Assembly (NCBI GenBank): GCA_046498225.1
Contig: JAWOBF010000070.1
Span: 1 to 48,434, forward strand
DNA from: Candidatus Aegiribacteria sp.
Lineage (GTDB): Bacteria > Fermentibacterota > Fermentibacteria > Fermentibacterales > JCC-6
Length of the DNA: 48,434 bases
Direction of reading: 5' to 3'
The translations under genes were made by a program, and so were the position numbers. Shown one piece after another: positions 20,083 through 29,295 of this stretch. How positions within the stretch are numbered: the first letter of the stretch is position 1; each line of letters begins with the position of its first letter. The notes beneath the pieces were generated by a model, which saw only the letters and a program-made list of their open reading frames with translations, made no database searches and was not told the origin of the DNA.

Positions 20083-22894
20083 ACAGCCTGAACTCCCTCA
20101 GGTCCTCTTCGTCTGTCTGCCCGGCCAGTTCCCGGAGCGCAACCCCCCGGTATTTCCGGAGTATCCTCCTGAGTTTCGCGATGGTGTTCCTTCCGGAGTT
20201 ATGATGCTGCCTGACCCTCTGGAATATGCTCATGCTGCTGGAAACGTTGTGATCATCTATCTCCCACGGATGAAAATAGAGTACCGGTGTGGCCCCGGCG
20301 CATGACACCATTTTCAGCATGAGCCGGTGAACGTACCCGGGATAGAACCTGAGGTACGCGCCTCCGGCAACAGGTACCTTGATGCCGGCAAGCTTCAGAG
20401 AGGCCAGGGGAAGTTCGAGAATGGAACTCTCCAGGCCTCTCAGGAGGAAAGGCTTCTGCGGGGCGTCCGGGATGCCGTAGCGCATCTTGAACATGGGGTA
20501 AACGCTGCTGTCGTATTCGAAGCCCCGGGAAACTATCTCGTCCACTGCCCAGACGGTTCCCTTCTTCATGGAGAAACTGGGAGCCCTGAATCCAACCGGC
20601 ATGGGTATCGAAACGGATTCAACCAGTTTCTCGAAGCGGTCCAGGTTCCTGCTGAATTCCTCCCTGGTAAGGGAACTCAGCTCCAAATGGTTGTAGCCGT
20701 GGTACGCGACCTCGTGGCCTTTCTCCGCCACGCGGACCATCAGGTCCGGGTGGTGCTCCGCTATCCATCCGAGGAAGAAGAAAGTTGCCTTCGAGTCGTG
20801 CTGCTCCAGAATTTCCAGAATGGTGTCCAGTATGGTGTTCACTCTCTTGTTCATGCCGGACCAGCTCTCGCAGGGGTACCATTTCCTCGCTGCGCACGTC
20901 TGGAACCATTCCTCAACGTCGAAGGAGATGCCTATTCCGGACCTGGGTTCGGCTATGCCTGTTATTCTCCCTCCACGATCAATAAATCGATTTACATCGT
21001 CCCTGGTGGGAAAGGAATTAACGGAAGCTCCCTCCGCAGGATTTGGAAGAAGGGTGTAATCGTCCCTCCGGATCAGCTCCAGTCCATCGGAAACAAGCCG
21101 GGATGCCATGTCCTTGGTGAGGTCGAGGAGCTGATGGAGGGTCACGTCTTCCACGGTGCGGTCGATACCACTCTGCAGAAGTATCTCTCCAGCGTCCAGC
21201 TCGCGTACCATACGGTGTACTGTCACTCCCGGGCGGTCCCCGTGGTAGAGCGACCAGAAAGTGGGAAGCATGCCCCTGTTCCGGGGCAGCAGCGCCGAAT
21301 GGACGTTCCAGGCGCCCCGCTTCGGTATGGCCAGCGTCTTCTTCCTGAGGATCTGCGGGCAGGCGATGGATATGAATACATCCGGCCGGAGGGATTTCAG
21401 GAACTCCCTGCCTTCCCTGCTGTTGACGTTCTCCAGGGAAACGTAATCGGCGTGCTCCCGCGCCGCTGTCTGCCTCAGGGAGTGTGAGTTTCGAGTGGGG
21501 AGGCGAAGAATGCCGGATATTTTGAACGCCGCGAACCTGGCCAGCTGAAGGAAGAAGCCGAAGAAGCCGTACAGCGCCATGTAGCGACGGAGGTTCAACA
21601 GGGGCTTCTTGAGGGAACCGTGCCCTCTCAGGGATACTAAGGTGTAATTGTTGAAAGGCTGTTTTCGAATGATCTTCGCGACGGTCTCGGGAATCTTGAA
21701 GGGTTCGTTATCGCACAGGAAGACAACGTTCATGTCCGGTCCGGCCAGCCTGGTGTACAGTTCGTACAGGTCGGAGACCATCTTCTCCGCGGAGAAAGGC
21801 TTAATGTCCTCATCCGCGTGTTCCACCAGCTCCTCCCGGAGGGAGGGAGAGTCGAGAAGGCGGGAGACCCCTTCGGCGAGGGAACTCACGTCCCCCTCAT
21901 CGCACAGGATGCCGTTGCGTCCATCCACAAGCAGCTCGTATATTCCTCCCACGTCGGTGGATACCACCGGGACCCCCGCCGCCAGGGATTCGAGCAGGGC
22001 CCGGGGAAGGCCTTCCGTCCGCGAGGTTATCAGAAAGACGTCGAAGGCGGGAAGGATATCCTGCACGTCATCCCTGCTCCCGGTGAGTATGAAACTGTCC
22101 TGAAGACCAAGGGATGCGATGAGCTTTTCCGTTCTTCCGAACAGTGGACCGTCGCCAACAAGCACGAAAATTGTGTCCGGTCTGTCGCGAAGGACGCGCC
22201 GGGCGACACTGACGAAGATATCCGGAGCCTTTTCCGGGCAGAACCTCATGACCGACCCCACTACCGGCGCGCCAGGAGAAATTCCCAGCTCCCTCCTGGC
22301 CTTATCCTTTTTTCCCCTTGCCAGCCTGAATTCGCCGAACTCGACACCGCTGCGGATGATACGGTAATCATCGAAATGGCCTATATCGTACTTAAGAGCC
22401 TTCTCCCGGTCCCTGGGACTGACGCATATGTTGATGTGGGCCCGGTCGAATCCTATCTTCTCCAGTCCGATGTAGAGGTATTTCCGGAATGTTCCCATGG
22501 AGTCGTAGAACGGCCAGCCGTGAGCGGTCTGTACCGTTCTGACTCCGGGAAAATGGGAGGCGGCAATCCTGCCGAGGAACCTGGCCTTGGAACCGTGGGT
22601 GTGAACTATGCTGTAATTTCCCTCCCTTATGACCTTTCTGATCTCAAGCAGGGCCAGAAGGTCGCTGAGAGGGGAGATGTTCCTCTTGAGGTGCGGAATC
22701 GTGATTATGTTGAGTCCCCATTCCTCGCCCAGCCGGAAGAGGTCTCCTTCGGTGGGTCTTTCCGGGCCGGTAAGGATATCGGACCCGTATCCCATCCTGT
22801 CTATCTCCCTTGTGGAGATAAGGGTGTTGAGCTGGGCGCCACCCACCGCAAGCTTGGTGATGATGTGAAGAACTCGAACTTCGCCCCCGGACAT
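20081..22894 (-). CDS. Fusion: GT4 glycosyltransferase + formyltransferase + polysaccharide deacetylase (PEP-CTERM/DUF3473-like)
   Basis: aa 1-387 GT-B (HIITKLAVGGAQ, VHTH, SRTEGLPRALLE, PVVSTDVGG); aa ~388-645 formyl_trans_N (NVHSALLP..RG..P, VTVH.M...LDAGEI); aa ~652-937 CE4 (SFDVEEW, KATFF, HEVAYHGYNH, GFRAPSFS, YDSS, YFHPWE). Confidence 0.9.
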   Translation of the reverse strand: MSGGEVRVLHIITKLAVGGAQLNTLISTREIDRMGYGSDILTGPERPTEGDLFRLGEEWGLNIITIPHLKRNISPLSDLLALLEIRKVIREGNYSIVHTHGSKARFLGRIAASHFPGVRTVQTAHGWPFYDSMGTFRKYLYIGLEKIGFDRAHINICVSPRDREKALKYDIGHFDDYRIIRSGVEFGEFRLARGKKDKARRELGISPGAPVVGSVMRFCPEKAPDIFVSVARRVLRDRPDTIFVLVGDGPLFGRTEKLIASLGLQDSFILTGSRDDVQDILPAFDVFLITSRTEGLPRALLESLAAGVPVVSTDVGGIYELLVDGRNGILCDEGDVSSLAEGVSRLLDSPSLREELVEHADEDIKPFSAEKMVSDLYELYTRLAGPDMNVVFLCDNEPFKIPETVAKIIRKQPFNNYTLVSLRGHGSLKKPLLNLRRYMALYGFFGFFLQLARFAAFKISGILRLPTRNSHSLRQTAAREHADYVSLENVNSREGREFLKSLRPDVFISIACPQILRKKTLAIPKRGAWNVHSALLPRNRGMLPTFWSLYHGDRPGVTVHRMVRELDAGEILLQSGIDRTVEDVTLHQLLDLTKDMASRLVSDGLELIRRDDYTLLPNPAEGASVNSFPTRDDVNRFIDRGGRITGIAEPRSGIGISFDVEEWFQTCAARKWYPCESWSGMNKRVNTILDTILEILEQHDSKATFFFLGWIAEHHPDLMVRVAEKGHEVAYHGYNHLELSSLTREEFSRNLDRFEKLVESVSIPMPVGFRAPSFSMKKGTVWAVDEIVSRGFEYDSSVYPMFKMRYGIPDAPQKPFLLRGLESSILELPLASLKLAGIKVPVAGGAYLRFYPGYVHRLMLKMVSCAGATPVLYFHPWEIDDHNVSSSMSIFQRVRQHHNSGRNTIAKLRRILRKYRGVALRELAGQTDEEDLREFRL

Positions 22895-23427
22895 CAGTTG
22901 GACTTGTCCGATCGCGCCTTTTGGGGGGATTTCCTGCAGGACAGGGCATACATGTAGAAGAGGGCCAGGATTACCGTGAGTCCCGAATAGAACAGGGGGC
23001 TCAGAAAAACGACCCCCAGGACCCAGAAGAGAACGAATGGAACGGCCAGGCGTCGGAAGTGCTCACCCGTCGACCATTGCCCGCCGTCCACCTCCATGGA
23101 GGGAAAGTCACGGAACATGTCCTCGGCGATACTGAAGAGGATGATGGAGAGGGCTACCAGCACAAGATGGAGCGCCATTCCACCGGGCAGATATTCATTG
23201 TTCAGCAGCGCCAGGAAGTAAGTGACGGACGGAAGAAAGAGCAGACCGGCAAGGAGGAAAAGGAAGGCTGTATACAGTGTCCGGTCGGGACCGAGAGGTC
23301 CGAATTTCATCTCCAGTCTCTTCAGTACCCTTCCCAGAACGATCCTGGAAAACCTGAACAGCCCGAATATGAACAGTACCACCAGGGCCACAAGGGCGTA
23401 ATCGGTAAGTCTCTGACCCAATAGCAT
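22894..23427 (-). CDS. Hypothetical multi-pass membrane protein
   Basis: About 5 hydrophobic segments; TGATG stop/start overlap with the fusion gene. Confidence 0.8.
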   Translation of the reverse strand: MLLGQRLTDYALVALVVLFIFGLFRFSRIVLGRVLKRLEMKFGPLGPDRTLYTAFLFLLAGLLFLPSVTYFLALLNNEYLPGGMALHLVLVALSIILFSIAEDMFRDFPSMEVDGGQWSTGEHFRRLAVPFVLFWVLGVVFLSPLFYSGLTVILALFYMYALSCRKSPQKARSDKSN

Positions 23428-23487
23428 CCTCCTTGACGGTTGTTACTCGGTTCCGACTGGGCAATATACACCGGGGACGGCACCGCT

Positions 23488-24066
23488 TCAAGAACCGAAG
23501 GACCTCGCCTGGAACTTGTACCCGACTATTACGAATATCACAAGCAGAACAGCCGCGATCACCGGAGCGGGATTGGAAGCGTCCAGGAAACTCGCCACGG
23601 CCCCGACGAAACCTATGTCCTCCAGCATTATCATGGCGGAGCCCGTGGCTATGTAGGAGCCGGCTGTAGCGGTGAGAAGAGCCAGCACGGGTTCTCTCTG
23701 GACATGTACCAGAAATCCGGCCAGAATGGCAATGGCCACGTGAACGATGCCGTGCAGTCCGGGCAGCAGTCCTCTCGCGGCGAACAGTCCCACCACAGCG
23801 CCGGCGAAGAACATGGACACTTTCCAGGCCACCAGGCCCAGGGCGGCCCCGAGGGCGCCGCATATCCAGCGGATCCAGGGGGAGGAGCTCAAAGAGGAGC
23901 CGGTCACCTCGGCCAGCCACGGCGAAAGCCACCCGTAACCTATGAAGAAACCGAACAGGATGACCAGGAATCCCAGCAGCTTGCGTCCCAGGACACAGAA
24001 GATGAGCCCGGCTATGAAGCTTACCATTGGATAAGTGAAGATATCCGCTTCAAGAATAATGTCCAT
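23488..24066 (-). CDS. DUF4203 (TM7S3/TM198-like) membrane protein
   Basis: GLIFCVLGRKL..F...GFFIG, Gly-rich TM helices, TATAGS, terminal G..FQ. Confidence 0.7.
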   Translation of the reverse strand: MDIILEADIFTYPMVSFIAGLIFCVLGRKLLGFLVILFGFFIGYGWLSPWLAEVTGSSLSSSPWIRWICGALGAALGLVAWKVSMFFAGAVVGLFAARGLLPGLHGIVHVAIAILAGFLVHVQREPVLALLTATAGSYIATGSAMIMLEDIGFVGAVASFLDASNPAPVIAAVLLVIFVIVGYKFQARSFGS

Positions 24067-24091
24067 TTTCAGTCCCCCGTTTCAACCCCCG

Positions 24092-24778
24092 CTAAGTAAA
24101 GAATTCCATGAGAGTTCCGGTCCCGTCGACGCGGAACATGCTTTCTATTTCAAGGTCCCTGTTGTAACGGTTTTTTACCAGAACGCTGATGAAACCGCCT
24201 TTTTCGGCCGCCGCGATCCCCTTCCATGAATCCTCCAGCACTACGGTGGACCGGGGAGAGCGGCCCAGTCTCGAGGCCGCCTCCAGGAAGATGGCCGGAG
24301 AGGGTTTCTTCTCCAGCCCCTCTCCGCCCACGATATTCGGAACGGGAGCGCCCCCGGCGGATAGTATGTCGCGTACTAGCGGGGCTGGAGTGTTGGAAGC
24401 TATGCAGTATGGCCGTCCGGCCCATCCCGCGCCGGAATCAAGGGCCTCGAGGAGTTCCACCGAACCGGGAAAGAGCGGTATCATGCCCCGCTCTACGAAC
24501 CCCAGGTATATCTCCCGCTGCCTCCGCCGGGCCAGTTCAGGGTCAATCGAAGAGAGCCCCCTGCGTTCGATCTCACCCTCCAGGCCCTGTCCCAGGGAGG
24601 ACCAGAACTTCCAGTAGTCCCTCTCCGGTATACTGTGTCCCCAGGGTTCCAGAGCCCCGTTCCATGACCGCCTGAAGAACGGCTCGCTGTCGGCGATGAC
24701 ACCGTCAAAATCAAGAAGCATGGCTTCCGCGTCCCTGATGACTGATTCGAGGCTTTCCGATCCGCTCGCAGCGGTCAT
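24092..24778 (-). CDS. HAD-superfamily phosphatase (subfamily IA, beta-PGM/CbbY-like)
   Basis: DFDGVIADSE motif I, ASN motif II, KKPSP, EDSWKGIAAA. Confidence 0.92.
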   Translation of the reverse strand: MTAASGSESLESVIRDAEAMLLDFDGVIADSEPFFRRSWNGALEPWGHSIPERDYWKFWSSLGQGLEGEIERRGLSSIDPELARRRQREIYLGFVERGMIPLFPGSVELLEALDSGAGWAGRPYCIASNTPAPLVRDILSAGGAPVPNIVGGEGLEKKPSPAIFLEAASRLGRSPRSTVVLEDSWKGIAAAEKGGFISVLVKNRYNRDLEIESMFRVDGTGTLMEFFT

Positions 24779-24805
24779 GATATCCCGTCCTGATATTGTG
24801 CAGCC

Positions 24806-24834
24806 TTGGCCGCGCCCGTTTCCGGCAACATAAT
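24806..24834 (+). promoter_or_regulatory. Candidate sigma70-type promoter for ptb-buk-iorAB
   Basis: TTGGCC-17 bp-CATAAT. Confidence 0.45.
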
Positions 24835-24929
24835 ACTAAATCTGTACTGTCCGAGTCCACTGCAGGCGTTCGCGCCCCCGCGGGACGGCAGCCTGCGGAC
24901 GGAGGTTCATTCTACCAGGGGAGGTTCTT

Positions 24930-25832
24930 TTGTACAGGGATTTTATTGAGATCAGAGAGGCGGCCAGGAGGGTATCCGACGCCCGAGTCGCCATACCCAT
25001 GGGACATGACGAATCATCCGTCAAGGCCCTCATCACCGCGGCGGAGGAGGGACTGTCCTCCGCGGTGATAGTCGGCCCCCGTGAGGGAGTGCGGGACACA
25101 CTTTCCCGGCTGGGGAGAAAGCTTCCGGACGGGATTGAGGTAATTGACTGCGCCGACCCCGAGGAGGCGGCCCTGAAATCAGTGGGCCTGGTCAGTTCCG
25201 GGGAGGCCACAATCCTGATGAAGGGCCTGATAAAGACTTCCATCTTTCAGAAGGCTGTCCTGGACAGAGAGACCGGCCTTCGCACCGGACGCATACTGAG
25301 CCACGTGGCCGTGGTTCACGTTCCCCGCCAGGACAGGCTGGTGGCCATCTCCGACGGGGGAATGAACATAAGGCCCGACCGCGAAGCCATCGGGCAGATA
25401 GTCGTGAACGCCGCCGGCGTGATAACCGCCCTCGGCGCTGAAAAACCGCTGGTGGCCCTTCTGGCGGCCATAGAGGTCCCCAACGAGAAAATGCCGGAAA
25501 CCATCATGTTCGCCGACCTGGCCAGGGAGGGAATTCCGGGCCTGGCCATTGCGGGCCCCATCGCAGTGGATGGAGCGATGGACCCCGAAGCGGCGGCGGT
25601 AAAGAAGATGGAGGGGGAAGTTCCCGGAAGGGCAAACGTTCTCATAACTCCGGATATCGCCAGCGGGAACATCTTCGCCAAGGCATTCATGTACATGACC
25701 GACGCCGAGGTGGGAGGACTCATAGCCGGAGCTTCGGCACCGGTGGTGATGCTGTCGCGGTCCGACAAGCCTGTGACCAAGCTTAACTCACTCGCGCTGG
25801 GGGTAGTTGTCTCGGGAGGTGAAAATGTCTGA
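24930..25832 (+). CDS. ptb: Phosphate butyryltransferase / phosphate acyltransferase
   Basis: LMKGLIKT, SDGGMNIRP, LAAIE..N, GPIAVD.A, PDIASGNIFAK, PVVMLSRSD; TTG start with GGAGG. Confidence 0.92.
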   Translation: MYRDFIEIREAARRVSDARVAIPMGHDESSVKALITAAEEGLSSAVIVGPREGVRDTLSRLGRKLPDGIEVIDCADPEEAALKSVGLVSSGEATILMKGLIKTSIFQKAVLDRETGLRTGRILSHVAVVHVPRQDRLVAISDGGMNIRPDREAIGQIVVNAAGVITALGAEKPLVALLAAIEVPNEKMPETIMFADLAREGIPGLAIAGPIAVDGAMDPEAAAVKKMEGEVPGRANVLITPDIASGNIFAKAFMYMTDAEVGGLIAGASAPVVMLSRSDKPVTKLNSLALGVVVSGGENV

Positions 25833-26907
25833 GGAGGAAAGACTGATACTGACCGTAAATCCGGGAGGCACTTCCACGAAGCTTGGTCTGTTCGAGGAGA
25901 CGGAACTGGTGTTCGAGGAGAACGTAAGGCATATGCCCGCTGAACTTGAGCAGTTCTCGTCCACCCTGGAACAACTGGATTTCCGTCGGGAAATAATCCT
26001 CAGGACGTTGAAGGAAGCCGGTCACAGCCCTTCCGCCCTGACCGCCGTTGTGGGCCGGGGAGGGGCGTTCAAGCCTCTGGAAAGCGGCACATACGAGGTC
26101 AACACCGCACTGGTTGAAGATATTCGGGAAGGCTCAACCCTGCAGGCGGACCATCCGTCCAACCTGGGTGCCCTTCTTGCCCGGGCCATAGCCGACGAGG
26201 CGGGGAGCCGGGCCTTCATAGTCGATCCCGTCTGCGTCGACGAGATGATACCGGAGGCGCGGCTCTCGGGCCATCCTCTGCTGGAGAGGACCAGCCTGAG
26301 CCATGCCCTGAACATTCGCATGGTCGCCTACAAGGCGGCGGAGAAGCTGGGGAAGAGCATGGACCGGCTGAACCTGGTGGTGCTCCATCTTGGAAGCGGC
26401 ATCTCCGTGAACGCCATCAGAAAAGGCAGGATGATAGACACCAGCCAGGCCAACGACGGAGGCCCCTTCAGCCCCCAGAGGGTGGGAGCCCTGCCCACCA
26501 CCGGCCTGGCCAGGCTTTGTCTTTCCGGGGAGTACACCTGGAAGGAAATGAAGAAGATGCTCCTGAAAAAGGGAGGGCTCATCGCCTACACCGGTACCGA
26601 TCACGTAGGGGAGGCCCTGAAAAGGGCCGGCCGGGGGGATGAGATGTGCGACCTGGCCCTCCGCGCCATGGCATACCAGATAATAAAGGAAGCCGGCGCC
26701 ATGGCGGCGGCCCTGGCGGGGGAGGTTGACGCTGTGGTCATCACCGGCGGCATAGCACATAACGGATGGATGACGGACAGGATAAGCGCCAACCTGAAAT
26801 ACCTCGGCGAAATAATCATCTTTCCCGGAGAGGAGGAGCTGGAGGCGCTGATGCGCGGCGTCCTCAGGGTCCTGGATTCGGTGGAGGAAGTGAAGGTCTA
26901 CAAATGA
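25825..26907 (+). CDS. buk: Butyrate (branched-chain carboxylate) kinase
   Basis: NPGGTSTK, VGRGG, HPSNLG, HALN, HLGSGISV, GPFSPQR, TGGIAH, PGEEEL. Confidence 0.96.
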   Translation: MSEEERLILTVNPGGTSTKLGLFEETELVFEENVRHMPAELEQFSSTLEQLDFRREIILRTLKEAGHSPSALTAVVGRGGAFKPLESGTYEVNTALVEDIREGSTLQADHPSNLGALLARAIADEAGSRAFIVDPVCVDEMIPEARLSGHPLLERTSLSHALNIRMVAYKAAEKLGKSMDRLNLVVLHLGSGISVNAIRKGRMIDTSQANDGGPFSPQRVGALPTTGLARLCLSGEYTWKEMKKMLLKKGGLIAYTGTDHVGEALKRAGRGDEMCDLALRAMAYQIIKEAGAMAAALAGEVDAVVITGGIAHNGWMTDRISANLKYLGEIIIFPGEEELEALMRGVLRVLDSVEEVKVYK

Positions 26908-26923
26908 ATACGGAAGGTGGCGG

Positions 26924-28708
26924 ATGAGGAAGAAACTCAACACTGTAAAGGAAGGCACCCTGCTTCTTTCGGGCAACGAGGCCGTGGCCAGGGGAGCCTG
27001 GGAATTCGGCGTTCATTTCGCCGCTGCGTATCCCGGGACACCATCCACCGAGATACTGGAGACCATCGGGGAGGAATACGACGAGATAGACGCCCAGTGG
27101 GCTCCGAACGAGAAGGTGGGGCTGGAGGTGGTGGCGGGGGCCTCATTTGCCGGGGCCAGGGTTCTCTCGGCCATGAAACACGTGGGACTGAACGTGGCGG
27201 CCGACCCGCTGTTCACACTGAGCTACATAGGGGCCACCGGCGGAGTGGTCATAGTCTCGGCCGACGACCCGGGAATGCATTCAAGCCAGAACGAGCAGGA
27301 CAACAGGCTCATGGGCAAGGCGGCCAAGGTGGTGGTCCTGGAACCCTCCGACAGCCAGGAGACCCGGGACATGGTGGGAGAGGGGCTGAGGATATCGGAG
27401 GAGTTCGACACTCCCGTGCTTCTCAGGATGACCACCCGGTTATGTCACTCCAAGAGCCTGGTAGAGGTCGGCCCCAGGCGCGAGGTACCGGTGAAGGGGT
27501 ACGTTGGCGACATAAAGAAGAGGGTTCCCATACCCGCCCACGCGAGGCTGATGCACGCCAGGGTGGAGAAGAGGCTGAAGGAGCTGTCCGAATGGGGAGC
27601 CCGAAGCGATCTGAACAGGATAGAGGAGGGGGACACCTCCCTGGGAATCATAACCAGCGGAATATCCTACCAGTACGTGAAAGAGGTGTACCCCGAGGCA
27701 AGCGTGCTGAAGATAGGAATGTCCAACCCCTTGCCCTGGAACTTGATAGAGAAATTCATAGGAATGGTGGACAAGGTCGTCTTCGTCGAGGAGAACGAGC
27801 CGCACCTGGAGGAGAGCGTAAGGGCCCGGTTCCTGATAGAGGCCGAGGGCAAGAGCATCATTCCCATCGAGGGGGAGCTGAACCCGGAGATTGTGAGAAA
27901 GGCTTTACGGCCTGATTCCGAAAAAGGGACGACGTACAGAGACATCGGTCTTCCCGCGAGACCGCCCTCCCTGTGCCCCGGCTGCCCCCACCGCGGCGCT
28001 TTCTACTGCCTGAGCCGGATGAAGGGAAGCTCGACCGGCGACATAGGCTGCTACACTCTGGGACTGATGCCCCCCTACAACGCGCTGGAGACCACGGTCT
28101 GCATGGGGGCCGCCATCGGCGTGCTCAGCGGTATCGAAAAGGCCGTGGGACGGGAGGGGATGGGCAAGCTGGTAGCCGCCATCGGCGAATCCACCTTCGT
28201 TCATTCCGGCATAACCGGCCTGATAGACATGGTCTACAACGGCAACACCGGCACGGTCATGATAATGGACAACAGCCTCACGGCCATGACCGGAGGACAG
28301 GAGAACCCCACCACCGGCAAGAACCTCAGGGGAGAGCCGGTTCCGGCGCTCGACCTGGAACAGCTGGTCCGGGCCTGCGGCGTTCCAAACGTAAGGGTGG
28401 TGGACCCGCATGACCTGAAGGAGATGGAGAGGGCGCTGAAGGAGGAGCTGGAACGGGAGGAACTTTCCGTCATCATTACGAGGCGCCCCTGCATAATGAG
28501 CTACAGACCGAAGAAGCAGGCGGTGGCCCTGGTGGACCTTGACAAGTGCATAGGCTGCAGGCAGTGCATGGATCTCGGCTGCCCGGCCATCAGCTGGGAG
28601 GAAGACCATCCGGACATCAGCGGACTGCTCTGCTGGCCCAACTGCGACCTGTGCGTTCAGGTATGCCCGGTGGACGCCATTTCAAAGGACATGGGAGGTC
28701 TGGAATGA
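26924..28708 (+). CDS. iorA: Indolepyruvate:ferredoxin oxidoreductase alpha subunit
   Basis: GNEAVARGA, YPGTPSTE, MKHVGLNVAAD, SSQNEQD, CPGCPHR, GDIGCY, AMTGGQ, C-terminal ferredoxin domain. Confidence 0.96.
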   Translation: MRKKLNTVKEGTLLLSGNEAVARGAWEFGVHFAAAYPGTPSTEILETIGEEYDEIDAQWAPNEKVGLEVVAGASFAGARVLSAMKHVGLNVAADPLFTLSYIGATGGVVIVSADDPGMHSSQNEQDNRLMGKAAKVVVLEPSDSQETRDMVGEGLRISEEFDTPVLLRMTTRLCHSKSLVEVGPRREVPVKGYVGDIKKRVPIPAHARLMHARVEKRLKELSEWGARSDLNRIEEGDTSLGIITSGISYQYVKEVYPEASVLKIGMSNPLPWNLIEKFIGMVDKVVFVEENEPHLEESVRARFLIEAEGKSIIPIEGELNPEIVRKALRPDSEKGTTYRDIGLPARPPSLCPGCPHRGAFYCLSRMKGSSTGDIGCYTLGLMPPYNALETTVCMGAAIGVLSGIEKAVGREGMGKLVAAIGESTFVHSGITGLIDMVYNGNTGTVMIMDNSLTAMTGGQENPTTGKNLRGEPVPALDLEQLVRACGVPNVRVVDPHDLKEMERALKEELEREELSVIITRRPCIMSYRPKKQAVALVDLDKCIGCRQCMDLGCPAISWEEDHPDISGLLCWPNCDLCVQVCPVDAISKDMGGLE

Positions 28709-29283
28709 AACCTGTGACGAACGTGATAATCTGCGGTACGGGCGGGCAGGGCATCCTTCTGGCCAGCGAGGTGCTGTGCGCGGCGGCAAGGTCCTCCGGC
28801 AGCGACGTCAAGAAGTCCGAGGTGCATGGAATGGCTCAGCGGGGCGGCAGCGTGTCCAGCCACGTCAGGTTCGGGGACAGGATATACAGTCCCCTGGTGG
28901 AGAAGGGCCGTGCGGACCTGATACTGGCCATGGAGAAGATGGAGGGCCTCAGGTGGGCCTCCTACCTGGCCCCGAACGGCAGGCTGGTGGCCTGCGACCT
29001 GAAGATCAACCCGATGACCGTCAACACCGGTCTTGCGGAATACCCTGACGTCGACGCAATAATGGAGGAGGAGGGTCTTCCGGTCAGCCTGATACCCGCG
29101 GTGGAGATAGCGAGGGAACTGGGTAACATGAAGGTGGTGAACGTCGTTCTCATAGGCGCCGTGTCACCCTACCTGCCCATAGACGAGGAACACTGGCGGA
29201 AGGCGGTCACGGAACGGGTCCCCCCCCGGTTCCTCGAGGTGAACCTGGAGGCTTTCAGCAGGGGAAGGCAGCTTTACGAATAG
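28705..29283 (+). CDS. iorB: Indolepyruvate:ferredoxin oxidoreductase beta subunit
   Basis: GTGGQGILLAS, EVHGMAQRGGSV, SPLVEKG.AD, NLEAF; ATGA overlap with iorA. Confidence 0.96.
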   Translation: MKPVTNVIICGTGGQGILLASEVLCAAARSSGSDVKKSEVHGMAQRGGSVSSHVRFGDRIYSPLVEKGRADLILAMEKMEGLRWASYLAPNGRLVACDLKINPMTVNTGLAEYPDVDAIMEEEGLPVSLIPAVEIARELGNMKVVNVVLIGAVSPYLPIDEEHWRKAVTERVPPRFLEVNLEAFSRGRQLYE

Positions 29284-29295
29284 GGAGGCCTCCGC

